Positions 1-7,609 of a stretch of 40,643 nt of DNA are shown piece by piece (position 1 is the first letter of the stretch; every line of letters starts with the position of its first letter). The DNA is from Chloroflexota bacterium (lineage in GTDB: Bacteria > Chloroflexota > Limnocylindria > Limnocylindrales > CSP1-4): positions 1 through 40,643 of the forward strand of contig JBJTJV010000016.1 in assembly GCA_046352645.1 (NCBI GenBank), given 5' to 3'. A program made the position numbers and the translations under genes. The notes under the pieces are model-generated. The model saw only the letters and a list, made by a program, of their open reading frames with translations, made no database searches and was not told the DNA's origin.

Positions 1-1005
1 GCCGCCCAGTCGGCGGAGCGCCGGCCGGACGAAGAGCTCGAACGTCACGAAGGCGCTCACCGGGTTGCCGGGGAGCCCGAAGAGCAGGACGTCGCGACCG
101 TCCGGCGCGGTGGCATGCCCGAACGCGATCGGCTTGCCGGGCTGGATGGCGACCCGCCAGAGATCGACGCGGCCGACGGTGGCGAAGGCATCGCGCACCT
201 CGTCGTGCGCGCCGACCGAGACACCCCCGCTCGTGAGGACGAGGTCCGCGCGCTCGATGGCGTCACGGAGCGCGGCGAGGACCGCATCCCGGCGGTCCGG
301 CACGATCCCGAGGCGGAGGACCTCCGCACCCGTCTCCGTCGCCTGCGTGGCGCCCTGCAGCCCGTTGCTGTCCGGGATGGCTGCAGGGCCGACCGGCGCG
401 CCGACCGGGACGAGCTCGTCGCCGGTGGAGAGGACCGCGACCCGCGGTCGGCGGACGACGCGGACATCCGCCGCGCCCGCCGCGGCGAGGAGGCCGATCG
501 TCCGAGCGTCGATGCGTGTTCCGCCCGGTACGAGGAGGTCCCCGGCCCGCAGGTCGCTCCCGGCCCGCCGGATGTGGTCGCCCGCCCGCGCGGGGCGGAG
601 CACGGTGACCGCGGCGGGCAGGTCCGCGACGCCGGCCGGCGCGTCCGTGTGCTCCACCGGGACGACCGCATCGGCGCCGGGGGGCACGATCCCGCCGGTG
701 AGGATCCGGACCGCGCCACCCGGCTCCACGCCTGCGTCCGGCAGGTGCCCCGCGGCGACCTCGCCCAGGACCCGGAGGCGCACGGGTGCGGCGTCGGCAG
801 CGGACGCGACGTCCCCGGCGCGTACCGCGTAGCCGTCCATCGCCGAGCTGTCCCACGGCGGCAGGGTGCGGACCGCCGTGACCGGGCCCGCGAGGACGCG
901 ACCGGCCGCCGCGGTGAGCGCGACCGTCTCGGCGGGCAGCGCCTCCACGCCGGCGAGCATCCGCGCGCATGCCTCCTCCAGCCGAACGAGCACGTCGCCG
1001 CTCAT
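1..1005 (-). CDS. moeA: Molybdopterin molybdenumtransferase MoeA. The C-terminus runs off the left edge of the window.
   Basis: Absent from the ORF track because it has no stop inside the window. Reverse-strand frame with codons 1-3, 4-6 etc. reads MSGDVLVRLEEACARMLAGVEALPAETVALTAAAGRVLAGPVTAVRTLPPWDSSAMDGYAVRAGD ... VAIQPGKPIAF ... VLLFGLPGNPVSAFVTFELFVRPALRRLGG, typical MoeA motifs. ATG at 1005-1003 overlaps the upstream stop (ATGA). Confidence 0.9.
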   Translation of the reverse strand, partial: MSGDVLVRLEEACARMLAGVEALPAETVALTAAAGRVLAGPVTAVRTLPPWDSSAMDGYAVRAGDVASAADAAPVRLRVLGEVAAGHLPDAGVEPGGAVRILTGGIVPPGADAVVPVEHTDAPAGVADLPAAVTVLRPARAGDHIRRAGSDLRAGDLLVPGGTRIDARTIGLLAAAGAADVRVVRRPRVAVLSTGDELVPVGAPVGPAAIPDSNGLQGATQATETGAEVLRLGIVPDRRDAVLAALRDAIERADLVLTSGGVSVGAHDEVRDAFATVGRVDLWRVAIQPGKPIAFGHATAPDGRDVLLFGLPGNPVSAFVTFELFVRPALRRLGG

Positions 1006-1643
1006 GCCCCGCCACCCCGGAGGATCCTGCCCGCGCCGAACCGTGCGAGGAGGGACCCGCCCACGAGCAGGACGCCGAGCCCGGCTGCCATCGCCTGCCA
1101 GAACGCCGTGGGATAGAGCCGGACGAGCCGCGCGACTGCCGGGTCGAAGGCCCAGTTCCCGCCGGGGAAGAGGAGCTGATGGAAGAGCGTGAACGCGACC
1201 TCGAATGCGAGCGCCGCGCCCAGGCCGAGGATGACCGTGCCGACCGCGACGATGGTGGCGGTCCGCCGGATCGCGCGGGCCGCGGCCGGACGCGTCGACG
1301 GCCTGCCGAGGAGGACGGTGAGCACCAGCGTGCCGAGCGCGCCGAGGCCGAGCACGAGCCACGCGATCGTGCGGACGTCGTGGAGGTGCGCCTCCTCGGC
1401 CGCGCCGAAGAGCGGCGACCCGTCCGGCAGGAGCGGACCGATCCGCCGCGAGCCCGCCAGGAGCCCCGTCACGGTCGCGTCCGACCAGCCGGCCGCGACG
1501 TCGCCGGGAACCCCGAGCCAGGCCGCCGAGCCCGCGTAGGCGAGCCCCGCGTGCGTCACCGGCGGCAGGAGCAGGACGGCGAGCGCGGCACCGACGAGGA
1601 CCGCGACCGTCGCGACCGCGGCGAGCGCGCCGGCACCCGTCAC
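1002..1643 (-). CDS. Integral membrane protein, DUF1461/TIGR01906-like (Lit-like family)
   Basis: ORF 1002..1706 trimmed to GTG at 1643, just after the upstream stop at 1651. Several hydrophobic helices and the C-terminal signature FHQLLFPGGNWAFDPAVARLVRLYPTAFWQ. High GC3. Family assignment is from memory of the motif. Confidence 0.7.
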   Translation of the reverse strand: MTGAGALAAVATVAVLVGAALAVLLLPPVTHAGLAYAGSAAWLGVPGDVAAGWSDATVTGLLAGSRRIGPLLPDGSPLFGAAEEAHLHDVRTIAWLVLGLGALGTLVLTVLLGRPSTRPAAARAIRRTATIVAVGTVILGLGAALAFEVAFTLFHQLLFPGGNWAFDPAVARLVRLYPTAFWQAMAAGLGVLLVGGSLLARFGAGRILRGGGA

Positions 1644-1650
1644 GCGGCGG

Positions 1651-2097
1651 TCACTCCTCCTCGAGCGTCCGCGCCTGCAGCCACCAGCCCTCCACGGTGA
1701 TCGCATCGGGCATCTCCCGCCCGAGGATCCGCGCAGCGCGGTCGAGGCGGTCGGAGAACTCCGGCAGCTCGAGCGCGAGCAGGACGGCGAGCCCGACCAC
1801 CCCGGCCTGCGTGAACAGCGCCTGCTCGGCGGGCCCGAAGCCCGCGAGGTTCAGGAGCAGCGCCTCGTCGCGCCAGGCGTGGACGTCGTTGGTCGTCACC
1901 TGGACCTGGTCGGCGAGGGTCTGGCGACGCGTCCGCGTCTCGGAGACCTCGAGGAGGAGGCCCGTCGTGAAGATCCCCTGCCGCTCGAGGCGGTCGAGGA
2001 GGAGCTGGGGGACGCGCTGGAGCTGGGCGATCGGCGGCACGACGGGCGGGACCTCGCTCGACGGGTGGGGTGCGTTCTCGATGGGGAATGATGCCAC
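1651..2097 (-). CDS. DUF4332-like helix-hairpin-helix protein (hypothetical)
   Basis: ORF 1651..2097 with a GTG start. The pattern QGIFTTGLLLE...RRQTLADQVQV...VHAWRDEALLLNLAGFGPAEQALFTQAGVVG resembles the duplicated HhH pattern of DUF4332. No obvious SD. Confidence 0.6.
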   Translation of the reverse strand: MASFPIENAPHPSSEVPPVVPPIAQLQRVPQLLLDRLERQGIFTTGLLLEVSETRTRRQTLADQVQVTTNDVHAWRDEALLLNLAGFGPAEQALFTQAGVVGLAVLLALELPEFSDRLDRAARILGREMPDAITVEGWWLQARTLEEE

Positions 2098-2117
2098 GCG
2101 GCGCGTTGGCGCGAGGG

Positions 2118-3614
2118 TCAGCCCGCGGGAGCGTCACCCCAGATCTGGTAGTGCCAGCCCTTCTCGGCCGCGCCGGTGAGCTCGACCATGACGTGCTTGA
2201 TCTGCGTGTACTCGTCGAAGGAGTACGCGGACATGTCCTTGCCGTATCCCGATTCCCGGAAGCCGCCGTGCGGCGTATCGGACGAGAGGGGCAGGTGGTC
2301 GTTCACCCAGACCGTGCCGAAGTTCAGCGCGCGGGAGACCCGCATGGCGCGCTGGACATCGCGCGTCCAGACGGACGCCGCGAGCCCGTAGCGGCAGTCG
2401 TTGCCGAGCGCGATCGCCGCGTCCTCGTCGGCGAACGGCAGCGCCACGAGGACCGGGCCGAAGATCTCCTGCTGGACGCACTCGGACGACTGCGCCACGT
2501 GGGTGAGGAGCGTGGGCGCGTAGAAGGCGCCACCCGGGCATCCGGGCACCTCGACGCGGTGCCCGCCGGTGACGAGGCGCGCGCCGCCCGCGATCGCCCG
2601 CTGGACGAAGCCGTCCACGCGCTCCATCTGCTGTCGGGAGATGAGGCTGCCCATGTCCGTCGCCGGGTCGTGCGGGTCGCCGACGCGGATCGCCTCGGCG
2701 TAGGTGCGGATCCGCTCGATGAGCGCATCGTGGATGGACGCCTCGGCGTAGATGCGCGTCGCCGCGGTGCAGTCCTGGCCCGCGTTGATGTACCCGCCCG
2801 CCACCGCGCCCCGCGCGGCCGCGTCGAGGTCGGCATCCGCGAAGACGATGAACGGCGCCTTCCCGCCGAGCTCGAGGTGGAGGCGCTTGAGGTTGCCCAC
2901 GGCGAGCTCCGCGATCCGCTTGCCGGTCGCGGTATCCCCGGTGAGCGACACGAGGTCGATGCCCGGGTGCGCGGCGATCGCCGCACCCACCTCCTCGCCG
3001 GGGCCCGTGACGATGTTCAGGACGCCCGCGGGGATGCCTGCCTCGAGGGCCAGCTCGCCGAGCTTCAGCGTGGTGAGCGGCGTGAGCGACGCGGGCTTGA
3101 GCACGACGGAGTTGCCGGCGGCGAGAGCGGGCCCGATCTTCCAGATCGCCATCATGAACGGGTAGTTCCAGGGCGCGATCTGGCCGGCGACGCCGATCGG
3201 CTCCCGGCGGATCATCGAGGTGTGGTCCGTGCTGTACTCCGCGGACGCGCGGCCGTCGAGGTGGCGTGCCGCGGCCGCCATCTGGCGCAGGTTGTCCGGG
3301 GCGAACGGGATGTCGTTCGCGCTCCGGAACTTGACCGCGGTGCCGGTCTGGGCGACCTCGAGCGCGACGAGCTCGTCGAGGTGCGCTTCGATCAGGTCCG
3401 CGAGCCGGTTCAGCGCCGCGCACCGCAGCGGCAGCCACTGGCCGCGCCAGCGCGCATCGGCGAAGGACGCACGCGCCGCAGCGACCGCCCGGTCCACGTC
3501 CGCGCGGGTGCCCCGGGGCACGCGCCCGACGAGAGCCCCCGTCGCCGGGCTGCGGACATCGGTCCAGCCGCCGTCGGACGCCTCCACCCAGGCCCCGTCG
3601 ATGAGCATCCGCAT
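2118..3614 (-). CDS. NAD(P)-dependent aldehyde dehydrogenase, aminobutyraldehyde dehydrogenase (PatD/YdcW)-like
   Basis: C-terminal 498 codons of ORF 2118..4253. Motifs: HTSMIRREPIGVAGQIAPWNYPFMMAIWKIGPALAAGNSVVLKPA, catalytic Glu in LELGGKAP, catalytic Cys in NAGQDCTAATRIYA, and PHGGFRESGYGKDMS. Start is ambiguous among ATG 3614 (MRMLIDG), ATG 3608 (GGAG 6 nt upstream) and ATG 3674 (possible leaderless start). Confidence 0.93.
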   Translation of the reverse strand: MRMLIDGAWVEASDGGWTDVRSPATGALVGRVPRGTRADVDRAVAAARASFADARWRGQWLPLRCAALNRLADLIEAHLDELVALEVAQTGTAVKFRSANDIPFAPDNLRQMAAAARHLDGRASAEYSTDHTSMIRREPIGVAGQIAPWNYPFMMAIWKIGPALAAGNSVVLKPASLTPLTTLKLGELALEAGIPAGVLNIVTGPGEEVGAAIAAHPGIDLVSLTGDTATGKRIAELAVGNLKRLHLELGGKAPFIVFADADLDAAARGAVAGGYINAGQDCTAATRIYAEASIHDALIERIRTYAEAIRVGDPHDPATDMGSLISRQQMERVDGFVQRAIAGGARLVTGGHRVEVPGCPGGAFYAPTLLTHVAQSSECVQQEIFGPVLVALPFADEDAAIALGNDCRYGLAASVWTRDVQRAMRVSRALNFGTVWVNDHLPLSSDTPHGGFRESGYGKDMSAYSFDEYTQIKHVMVELTGAAEKGWHYQIWGDAPAG

Positions 3615-3681
3615 CTCCACCACGCCGTCCGCCAGCGTCGTCAGACCTCCCTCGGGCGCCGCTCGGGGGCGCATGCGCGCG

Positions 3682-3687
3682 AGTGTA
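3682..3687 (-). promoter_or_regulatory. Candidate -10 hexamer TACACT, 7 nt upstream of ATG 3674 (possible leaderless aldehyde dehydrogenase transcript)
   Basis: Minus strand CGCTACACTCGC gcgc ATG. The same 12-mer recurs upstream of alaS. Confidence 0.3.
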
Positions 3688-3688
3688 G

Positions 3689-3719
3689 CGCCGCCCCGCG
3701 GAGGTCCCGTGGGGCGGCG
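3689..3719 (-). terminator. 9-bp all-GC hairpin between the OsmC-family gene and the aldehyde dehydrogenase gene
   Basis: CGCCGCCCC (3689-3697) pairs with GGGGCGGCG (3711-3719) around a 13-nt loop, 39 nt downstream of the OsmC-family gene's stop on the minus strand. No U-tract. Confidence 0.3.
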
Positions 3720-3757
3720 TGTTGCGGCGTGTCCGTCCGGTGGGCCCGGAGGGGCGG

Positions 3758-4204
3758 TCAGCCGACGAGGGTCGGCGCCACCGTGATCGTGACGTTGCCC
3801 GCCATCGCACGCGAGATCGGGCACCCGTCCTTGGCGCCCTCGGCGGCAGCGGCGAACGCTGCCGCGTCCGCCCCCGGCACGGTGCCGCGGACGGTGATCG
3901 CGGAGGAGATCACGGTCCAGCCCGCGTCCGTCTTCTCCGCGGTCACCGCGACCGCGACCTCGCGAGACGTCGCAGGCGTGCCGGCGCCGGCGAGCTTGTG
4001 CGCGCAGGCCATGGCGAAGCAGGAGGCGTGGGCGGCGGCGAGGAGCTCCTCGGGGCTCGTCATCCCCGTGTCGTCCGCCTCGGCGCGGGCGCGCCACGTG
4101 ATCGGGAGCGTGGCGATCGCACCGCTTGTCGCCACGCGCATCTCCCCGCTGCCGCCGAGGAGATCGCCCTGCCAGCGGGCCTCCGCCCGTCGCACCTGGG
4201 CCAT
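3758..4204 (-). CDS. OsmC/Ohr family peroxiredoxin-like protein
   Basis: C-terminal 148 codons of ORF 3758..4588, starting MAQVRRAEARWQGDL. The two conserved Cys contexts AAHASCFAMA and AKDGCPISRA are present. SD GGAGGGA lies 6 nt upstream of ATG 4204. Confidence 0.88.
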   Translation of the reverse strand: MAQVRRAEARWQGDLLGGSGEMRVATSGAIATLPITWRARAEADDTGMTSPEELLAAAHASCFAMACAHKLAGAGTPATSREVAVAVTAEKTDAGWTVISSAITVRGTVPGADAAAFAAAAEGAKDGCPISRAMAGNVTITVAPTLVG

Positions 4205-4320
4205 CCGTCGTCCCTCCGTGAGCTCGGCGCCGGGCACGCAGACGCGCACCCATGTCACCGCCATCCTATTCGCGCCGCGGCTCCGCGCGGATGGCCGCTG
4301 CGACGCAGCCGGGCGCGCGA

Positions 4321-5019
4321 CTACCGCGGGACCACGCCGGCCGGGCGCATCAGGCCCGGGACGCGGAGCGACCGCCACGGGTCCGTGTAGCGGATCGCCT
4401 GCCACTCGCCGAAGAGCGCCGCGGACAGCTGCGAGATCGCCGCGACCCGCGCCGGGCGGAACTCCCAGCGCCAGCGACAGCCGGACGTGCAGGGCCGCCA
4501 CCAGCGCGTCATCTGGATCGCGACGGTGTACGTCCGGCCGGCGACGAGCAGCCGCGGGTCGGGGACGGTGACCTCCGCCTCCTCCCATCGCCCGTCGCCA
4601 TCGTCGTCGTCCCGGTCGAACGTGGCGCCCGGGAGGTCGCTCACCCAGAAGCCGCTCGCGGAGAGCCGACCGGACAGGTCGTTGATCTCCTGGGTGTAGG
4701 CGAGACGGTAGGCGCGCAGCGCGGCGAGAGCCGGCCCATCCCAGCGGATCCGGACGTAGATGTACGTGCTGTCCCGGGCCACCCGGAAGCCGGAGACGAC
4801 CCCCGTCATCCCGCCGGCTGCAGGTGACCAGGTCGCGCCACCGACCCCCGTGGCCCCGACCGGGACGGCGAGGAAGGGGGTGGCGAGGCAGGCGAGGAGC
4901 AGGGCGGCGCGGGCGCGTCCGCGACGGAACGGGATCGCCCCGGCCCTAGAGGGGTCGCTCGGCGCCCGGGCGGCCGGTCGGCGGCGGGTTCGGTGTGCGC
5001 GAGCCGCCGGCCGACCCAT
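4321..5019 (-). CDS. Secreted hypothetical protein with a signal-peptide-like N-terminus and no recognised family
   Basis: ORF 4321..5019. Hydrophobic stretch ALLLACLATPFLAVPVGA after an Arg-rich N-region, an acidic cluster DRDDDDGDGRWEE, a Cys pair CTSGC, and high GC3. The only canonical start (5019) overlaps the upstream gene by 74 nt. No ATG/GTG/TTG lies between 4945 and the signal peptide, so the start is uncertain. Confidence 0.6.
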   Translation of the reverse strand: MGRPAARAHRTRRRPAARAPSDPSRAGAIPFRRGRARAALLLACLATPFLAVPVGATGVGGATWSPAAGGMTGVVSGFRVARDSTYIYVRIRWDGPALAALRAYRLAYTQEINDLSGRLSASGFWVSDLPGATFDRDDDDGDGRWEEAEVTVPDPRLLVAGRTYTVAIQMTRWWRPCTSGCRWRWEFRPARVAAISQLSAALFGEWQAIRYTDPWRSLRVPGLMRPAGVVPR

Positions 5020-5731
5020 CGCCGAAGAGCTCGGTGGTCGTGACGAAGGTGAACCCGCGGGCGCGGTAGCCGTCGATGATCTGCGGCAGGATCTCCGCGC
5101 TGATCGGACGGTTGCAGTGCATGAGGAGGACGGAACCCGGGCCGCCGGCCATGGCCCGCCGGAGCATGCCGCGCGCCGTGCCGTTCAGCGACGTGTCCGC
5201 GTTCGTCACGTCCCACAGGAGGATGCGTCGGTAGCCGAAGGAGGCGGCCACGCGTCGGACCGTGTCCGACCAGGCACCGCCGGGCGGGCGGAACTCGGCC
5301 ATGCGCGCGTCCGGAGCGACCTTGCGCACGATCGCGAGCTGACGGCCGATCTGGCGGCGGATCTGCTCCTCCGAGAGCGGCGGCAGGATCGCGTGGTACA
5401 TCGTGTGGTTCGCGAGCGGGAAATCCCGCCCGATCCGGCGCCAGACGGACGGGTACGCCCGAACGCGCTTGCCGATCGGGAAGAACGTCGCGTCCGCGCC
5501 CTTCTCGCGCAGGATCCGCGCCATCCGCAGGCAGGTCTCCGGGCTGTAGCCATCGTCGATGGTGAGCGCGATGACCTTGCGCGAGGTGTCCAGGTCGTTG
5601 ACGACCGGGATGTGCGCCGCGGCCGGGGCCGACGGGACGAGCACGAGGGCCGCCAGCAGGACGGTCGCCGCGGCGGGAATGCGGCGGCGGAAGGTTCCGA
5701 TCGCCGAACGGGAGCGCGATGCGCGACGCAT
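4946..5731 (-). CDS. Polysaccharide deacetylase (CE4, NodB homology domain), secreted
   Basis: ORF 4946..5731. Signal-like N-terminus RRRIPAAATVLLAALVLVPSAPAAA. NodB motifs LTIDDGY, FFPIG, ANHTMYH, RPPGG and LLMH. Confidence 0.88.
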   Translation of the reverse strand: MRRASRSRSAIGTFRRRIPAAATVLLAALVLVPSAPAAAHIPVVNDLDTSRKVIALTIDDGYSPETCLRMARILREKGADATFFPIGKRVRAYPSVWRRIGRDFPLANHTMYHAILPPLSEEQIRRQIGRQLAIVRKVAPDARMAEFRPPGGAWSDTVRRVAASFGYRRILLWDVTNADTSLNGTARGMLRRAMAGGPGSVLLMHCNRPISAEILPQIIDGYRARGFTFVTTTELFGDGSAGGSRTPNPPPTGRPGAERPL

Positions 5732-5737
5732 GCGTGG

Positions 5738-5743
5738 AATGTA
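5738..5743 (-). promoter_or_regulatory. Candidate -10 hexamer TACATT, 6 nt upstream of the deacetylase ATG 5731 (possible leaderless transcript)
   Basis: Minus strand ggcTACATTccacgcATG. There is no SD-like sequence between the hexamer and the ATG. Confidence 0.3.
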
Positions 5744-5874
5744 GCCGAGGGCGCTCCCGTCTGCCCGGGCCGATGGTCACGCGCGCGTCTGCCGGGTGCC
5801 GGCCCATCCCTCGGCCGGAGCGGATGACCACCGAGGCCGCATCGGGGTCAGCTCCGGGGTCACCCCGGAATCCG

Positions 5875-5904
5875 GAGGCCCCCCGGATCGCTCCGAGGGG
5901 CCTC
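5875..5904 (-). terminator. Strong GC stem-loop 18 nt downstream of tRNA-Pro; possible terminator or processing hairpin
   Basis: 5875-5882 pairs with 5897-5904 (8 bp). After a 1x1 mismatch, 5884-5887 pairs with 5892-5895 (4 bp) around a tetraloop. No clear U-tract follows, so terminator function is uncertain. A second 6-bp hairpin CCGGGG-TCA-CCCCGG lies at 5854-5868. Confidence 0.35.
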
Positions 5905-5921
5905 GTTCACGCTTGGGAGAG

Positions 5922-5998
5922 TGGTCGGGGCGAGACGATTCGAACGTCCGACCTCCTGAACCCCATTCAGGTGCGCTACCAGGCTGCGCCACGCCCCG
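5922..5998 (-). tRNA. tRNA-Pro, anticodon GGG, with encoded CCA
   Basis: Reverse complement is CGGGGCGTGGCGCAGCCTGGTAGCGCACCTGAATGGGGTTCAGGAGGTCGGACGTTCGAATCGTCTCGCCCCGACCA. It folds as a cloverleaf: 7-bp acceptor CGGGGCG/CGCCCCG, D stem GCGC/GCGC, anticodon stem CCTGA/TCAGG with loop A-U-GGG-G-U, T stem GGACG/CGTCT with loop TTCGAAT, then discriminator A plus CCA. Confidence 0.95.
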
Positions 5999-6010
5999 TT
6001 CCAGCGCCAG

Positions 6011-6016
6011 AGTCTA
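6011..6016 (-). promoter_or_regulatory. Candidate -10 hexamer TAGACT for tRNA-Pro
   Basis: Minus strand reads TGA TAGACT ctggcgctggaa CGGGGCG. The hexamer fits TAnnnT, abuts the der stop codon and lies 12 nt upstream of the mature tRNA 5' end. Confidence 0.35.
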
Positions 6017-7609
6017 TCACCGACGGCCGCGACCGCTCGCGCTCTTCCGTCTGCCGGGCCGCTTCGCACCCTCGCGCGGACCGAGGTCCACGCGCGACCG
6101 CTCGCGATAGAGGATGCGGAGCGGGGTGCCCCCGAACCCGAAGGCATCCCGCAGTCGGTTCTCCAGGTACCGTCGGTAGCTGAAGTGCACCTCGGCGGCG
6201 TTGTTCGCGAAGAGGACGAAGGTCGGCGGTTCGACGCCCGCCTGCGTGCCGTAGTAGACCCGGGGGCGGACGTTCCGGACGGGCGGCGCGGGCTGGCGGG
6301 CGACGGCATCGGAGATCACCCGGTTGAGGGCCGCGGTGGGGATGCGCCGGCGGCGACCCCGGCCGATCTCCAGCGCTGCGTCCACGATGCGTCCGACCCG
6401 CTGGCCCGTCTTCGCGCTGATCGCGACGACCGGCGCGAAATGGAGGAACGGCACCTCGCGGCGGATGCGCGCCACGTACGCATCGAACGTGTGCTCGTCC
6501 TTCTCCACGAGATCCCACTTGTTGATCGCGATGACGAGGCCGACCCCCTCGTCCGTGACGTACCCCGCCACGTGCGCGTCCTGGGCCGTCAGCCCTTCCA
6601 CGGCGTCGATCACGAGCACCGCGACGTCCGCACGCCCGATCGCGCGGAGCGCGCGGATCGCGGAGAACCGCTCCGCCGCCGGCCCCGCGGCGATCCGGCC
6701 ACGGCGGCGCATGCCCGCGGTGTCCACGAGGCGGACGGGTACCCCGTCCCAGTCGAGGGTCGTGTCGATGGCATCGCGGGTCGTGCCCGGGATGTCGCTG
6801 ACGATCGTCCGTTCCTCGCCGAGGAGCGCGTTCAGAAGCGAGCTTTTGCCCACGTTCGGACGCCCCACGATCGCGACCGAGACGGCCACTGCACCCGGCG
6901 GCAGGACCTCCGCCACCTCGTCATCACCCGGCGGCTCGTCCGCGATGAAGACCACCGCATCCGGCTCCGCGCGGCGGGCTTCCTCCGCGAGGGCGGGGAT
7001 CGCGTCCGCCTCCGCCTCGCGCGCCCGGCGGGCCTCCTCCTGTGCCGATTCCTCGGGGAGGCCGTCCACCAGAGCGTCGAGCAGGTCCGCGACGCCGCGG
7101 CCGTGGAGGGCGCTGATCGGGTAGGTGGATTCCCAGCCGAGACGGTGGAACTCGGCGCCCTCCGCCTCGCGGCGCGGGTTGTCCGCCTTGTTCACCGCGA
7201 CGATCACCGGCGCACGGGCCGTCCGCAGGAGCGTGGCCGCCTCCGCGTCCGCGGGCGTCTCGCCCGTCTCCGCGTCCACGACGAAGACGATCGCGTCCGC
7301 TTCCTCGATCGCGAGGCGCGCCTGCTCCTGGACCTTCTCCTCGATCGGGTCGCCGGGGCGCCGCTCGAGGCCGCCCGTGTCGACGAGGACGAAGCGCCGG
7401 GCGTTCCACTCGGCGACCTCGTACAGCCGGTCGCGGGTGGTCCGGGCTCGGTCCTCCACGATCGCGCGGCGCGCGCCGATGATGCGGTTGAACAGCGTGG
7501 ACTTGCCGACGTTCGGCCGCCCCACGATAGCCACGATCGGGAGCCCGGCGGGCGAGACACGGTCGAGCTCCGAGCGCCCGCTGCGGCGTCCGGAACGGCG
7601 CGTCGGCAC
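6017..7609 (-). CDS. der: Ribosome biogenesis GTPase Der (EngA)
   Basis: ORF 6017..7609. Two G domains: GRPNVGKST...DTGG...NKAD and GRPNVGKSS...DTAG...NKWD. KH-like C-terminal domain and a basic tail. The GTG start directly follows the ispH stop (TAG GTG). Confidence 0.95.
   Translation of the reverse strand: MPTRRSGRRSGRSELDRVSPAGLPIVAIVGRPNVGKSTLFNRIIGARRAIVEDRARTTRDRLYEVAEWNARRFVLVDTGGLERRPGDPIEEKVQEQARLAIEEADAIVFVVDAETGETPADAEAATLLRTARAPVIVAVNKADNPRREAEGAEFHRLGWESTYPISALHGRGVADLLDALVDGLPEESAQEEARRAREAEADAIPALAEEARRAEPDAVVFIADEPPGDDEVAEVLPPGAVAVSVAIVGRPNVGKSSLLNALLGEERTIVSDIPGTTRDAIDTTLDWDGVPVRLVDTAGMRRRGRIAAGPAAERFSAIRALRAIGRADVAVLVIDAVEGLTAQDAHVAGYVTDEGVGLVIAINKWDLVEKDEHTFDAYVARIRREVPFLHFAPVVAISAKTGQRVGRIVDAALEIGRGRRRRIPTAALNRVISDAVARQPAPPVRNVRPRVYYGTQAGVEPPTFVLFANNAAEVHFSYRRYLENRLRDAFGFGGTPLRILYRERSRVDLGPREGAKRPGRRKSASGRGRR

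Noticed and set aside
2118-4253. Long N-terminal extensions of real genes in the ORF track, for example 2118..4253, 9311..11155, 17781..19979, 23006..25906, 32039..33979, 33198..34748 and 20968..22584.
   Set aside because: The extensions run through the preceding, well-supported genes in a different frame and translate to Arg/Pro/Gly-rich sequence. Family homology begins close to the internal starts I chose, which usually sit at or overlap the upstream stop.
2118-5998. Possible genomic island integrated at tRNA-Pro, covering the deacetylase, secreted unknown, OsmC-family gene and aldehyde dehydrogenase downstream of the tRNA.
   Set aside because: There is no integrase or other mobility gene, and I did not see a direct repeat of the tRNA 3' end. 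Base composition and codon style look the same as in the flanking core genes. A computed k-mer or GC profile and a repeat search would be needed to exclude it fully.
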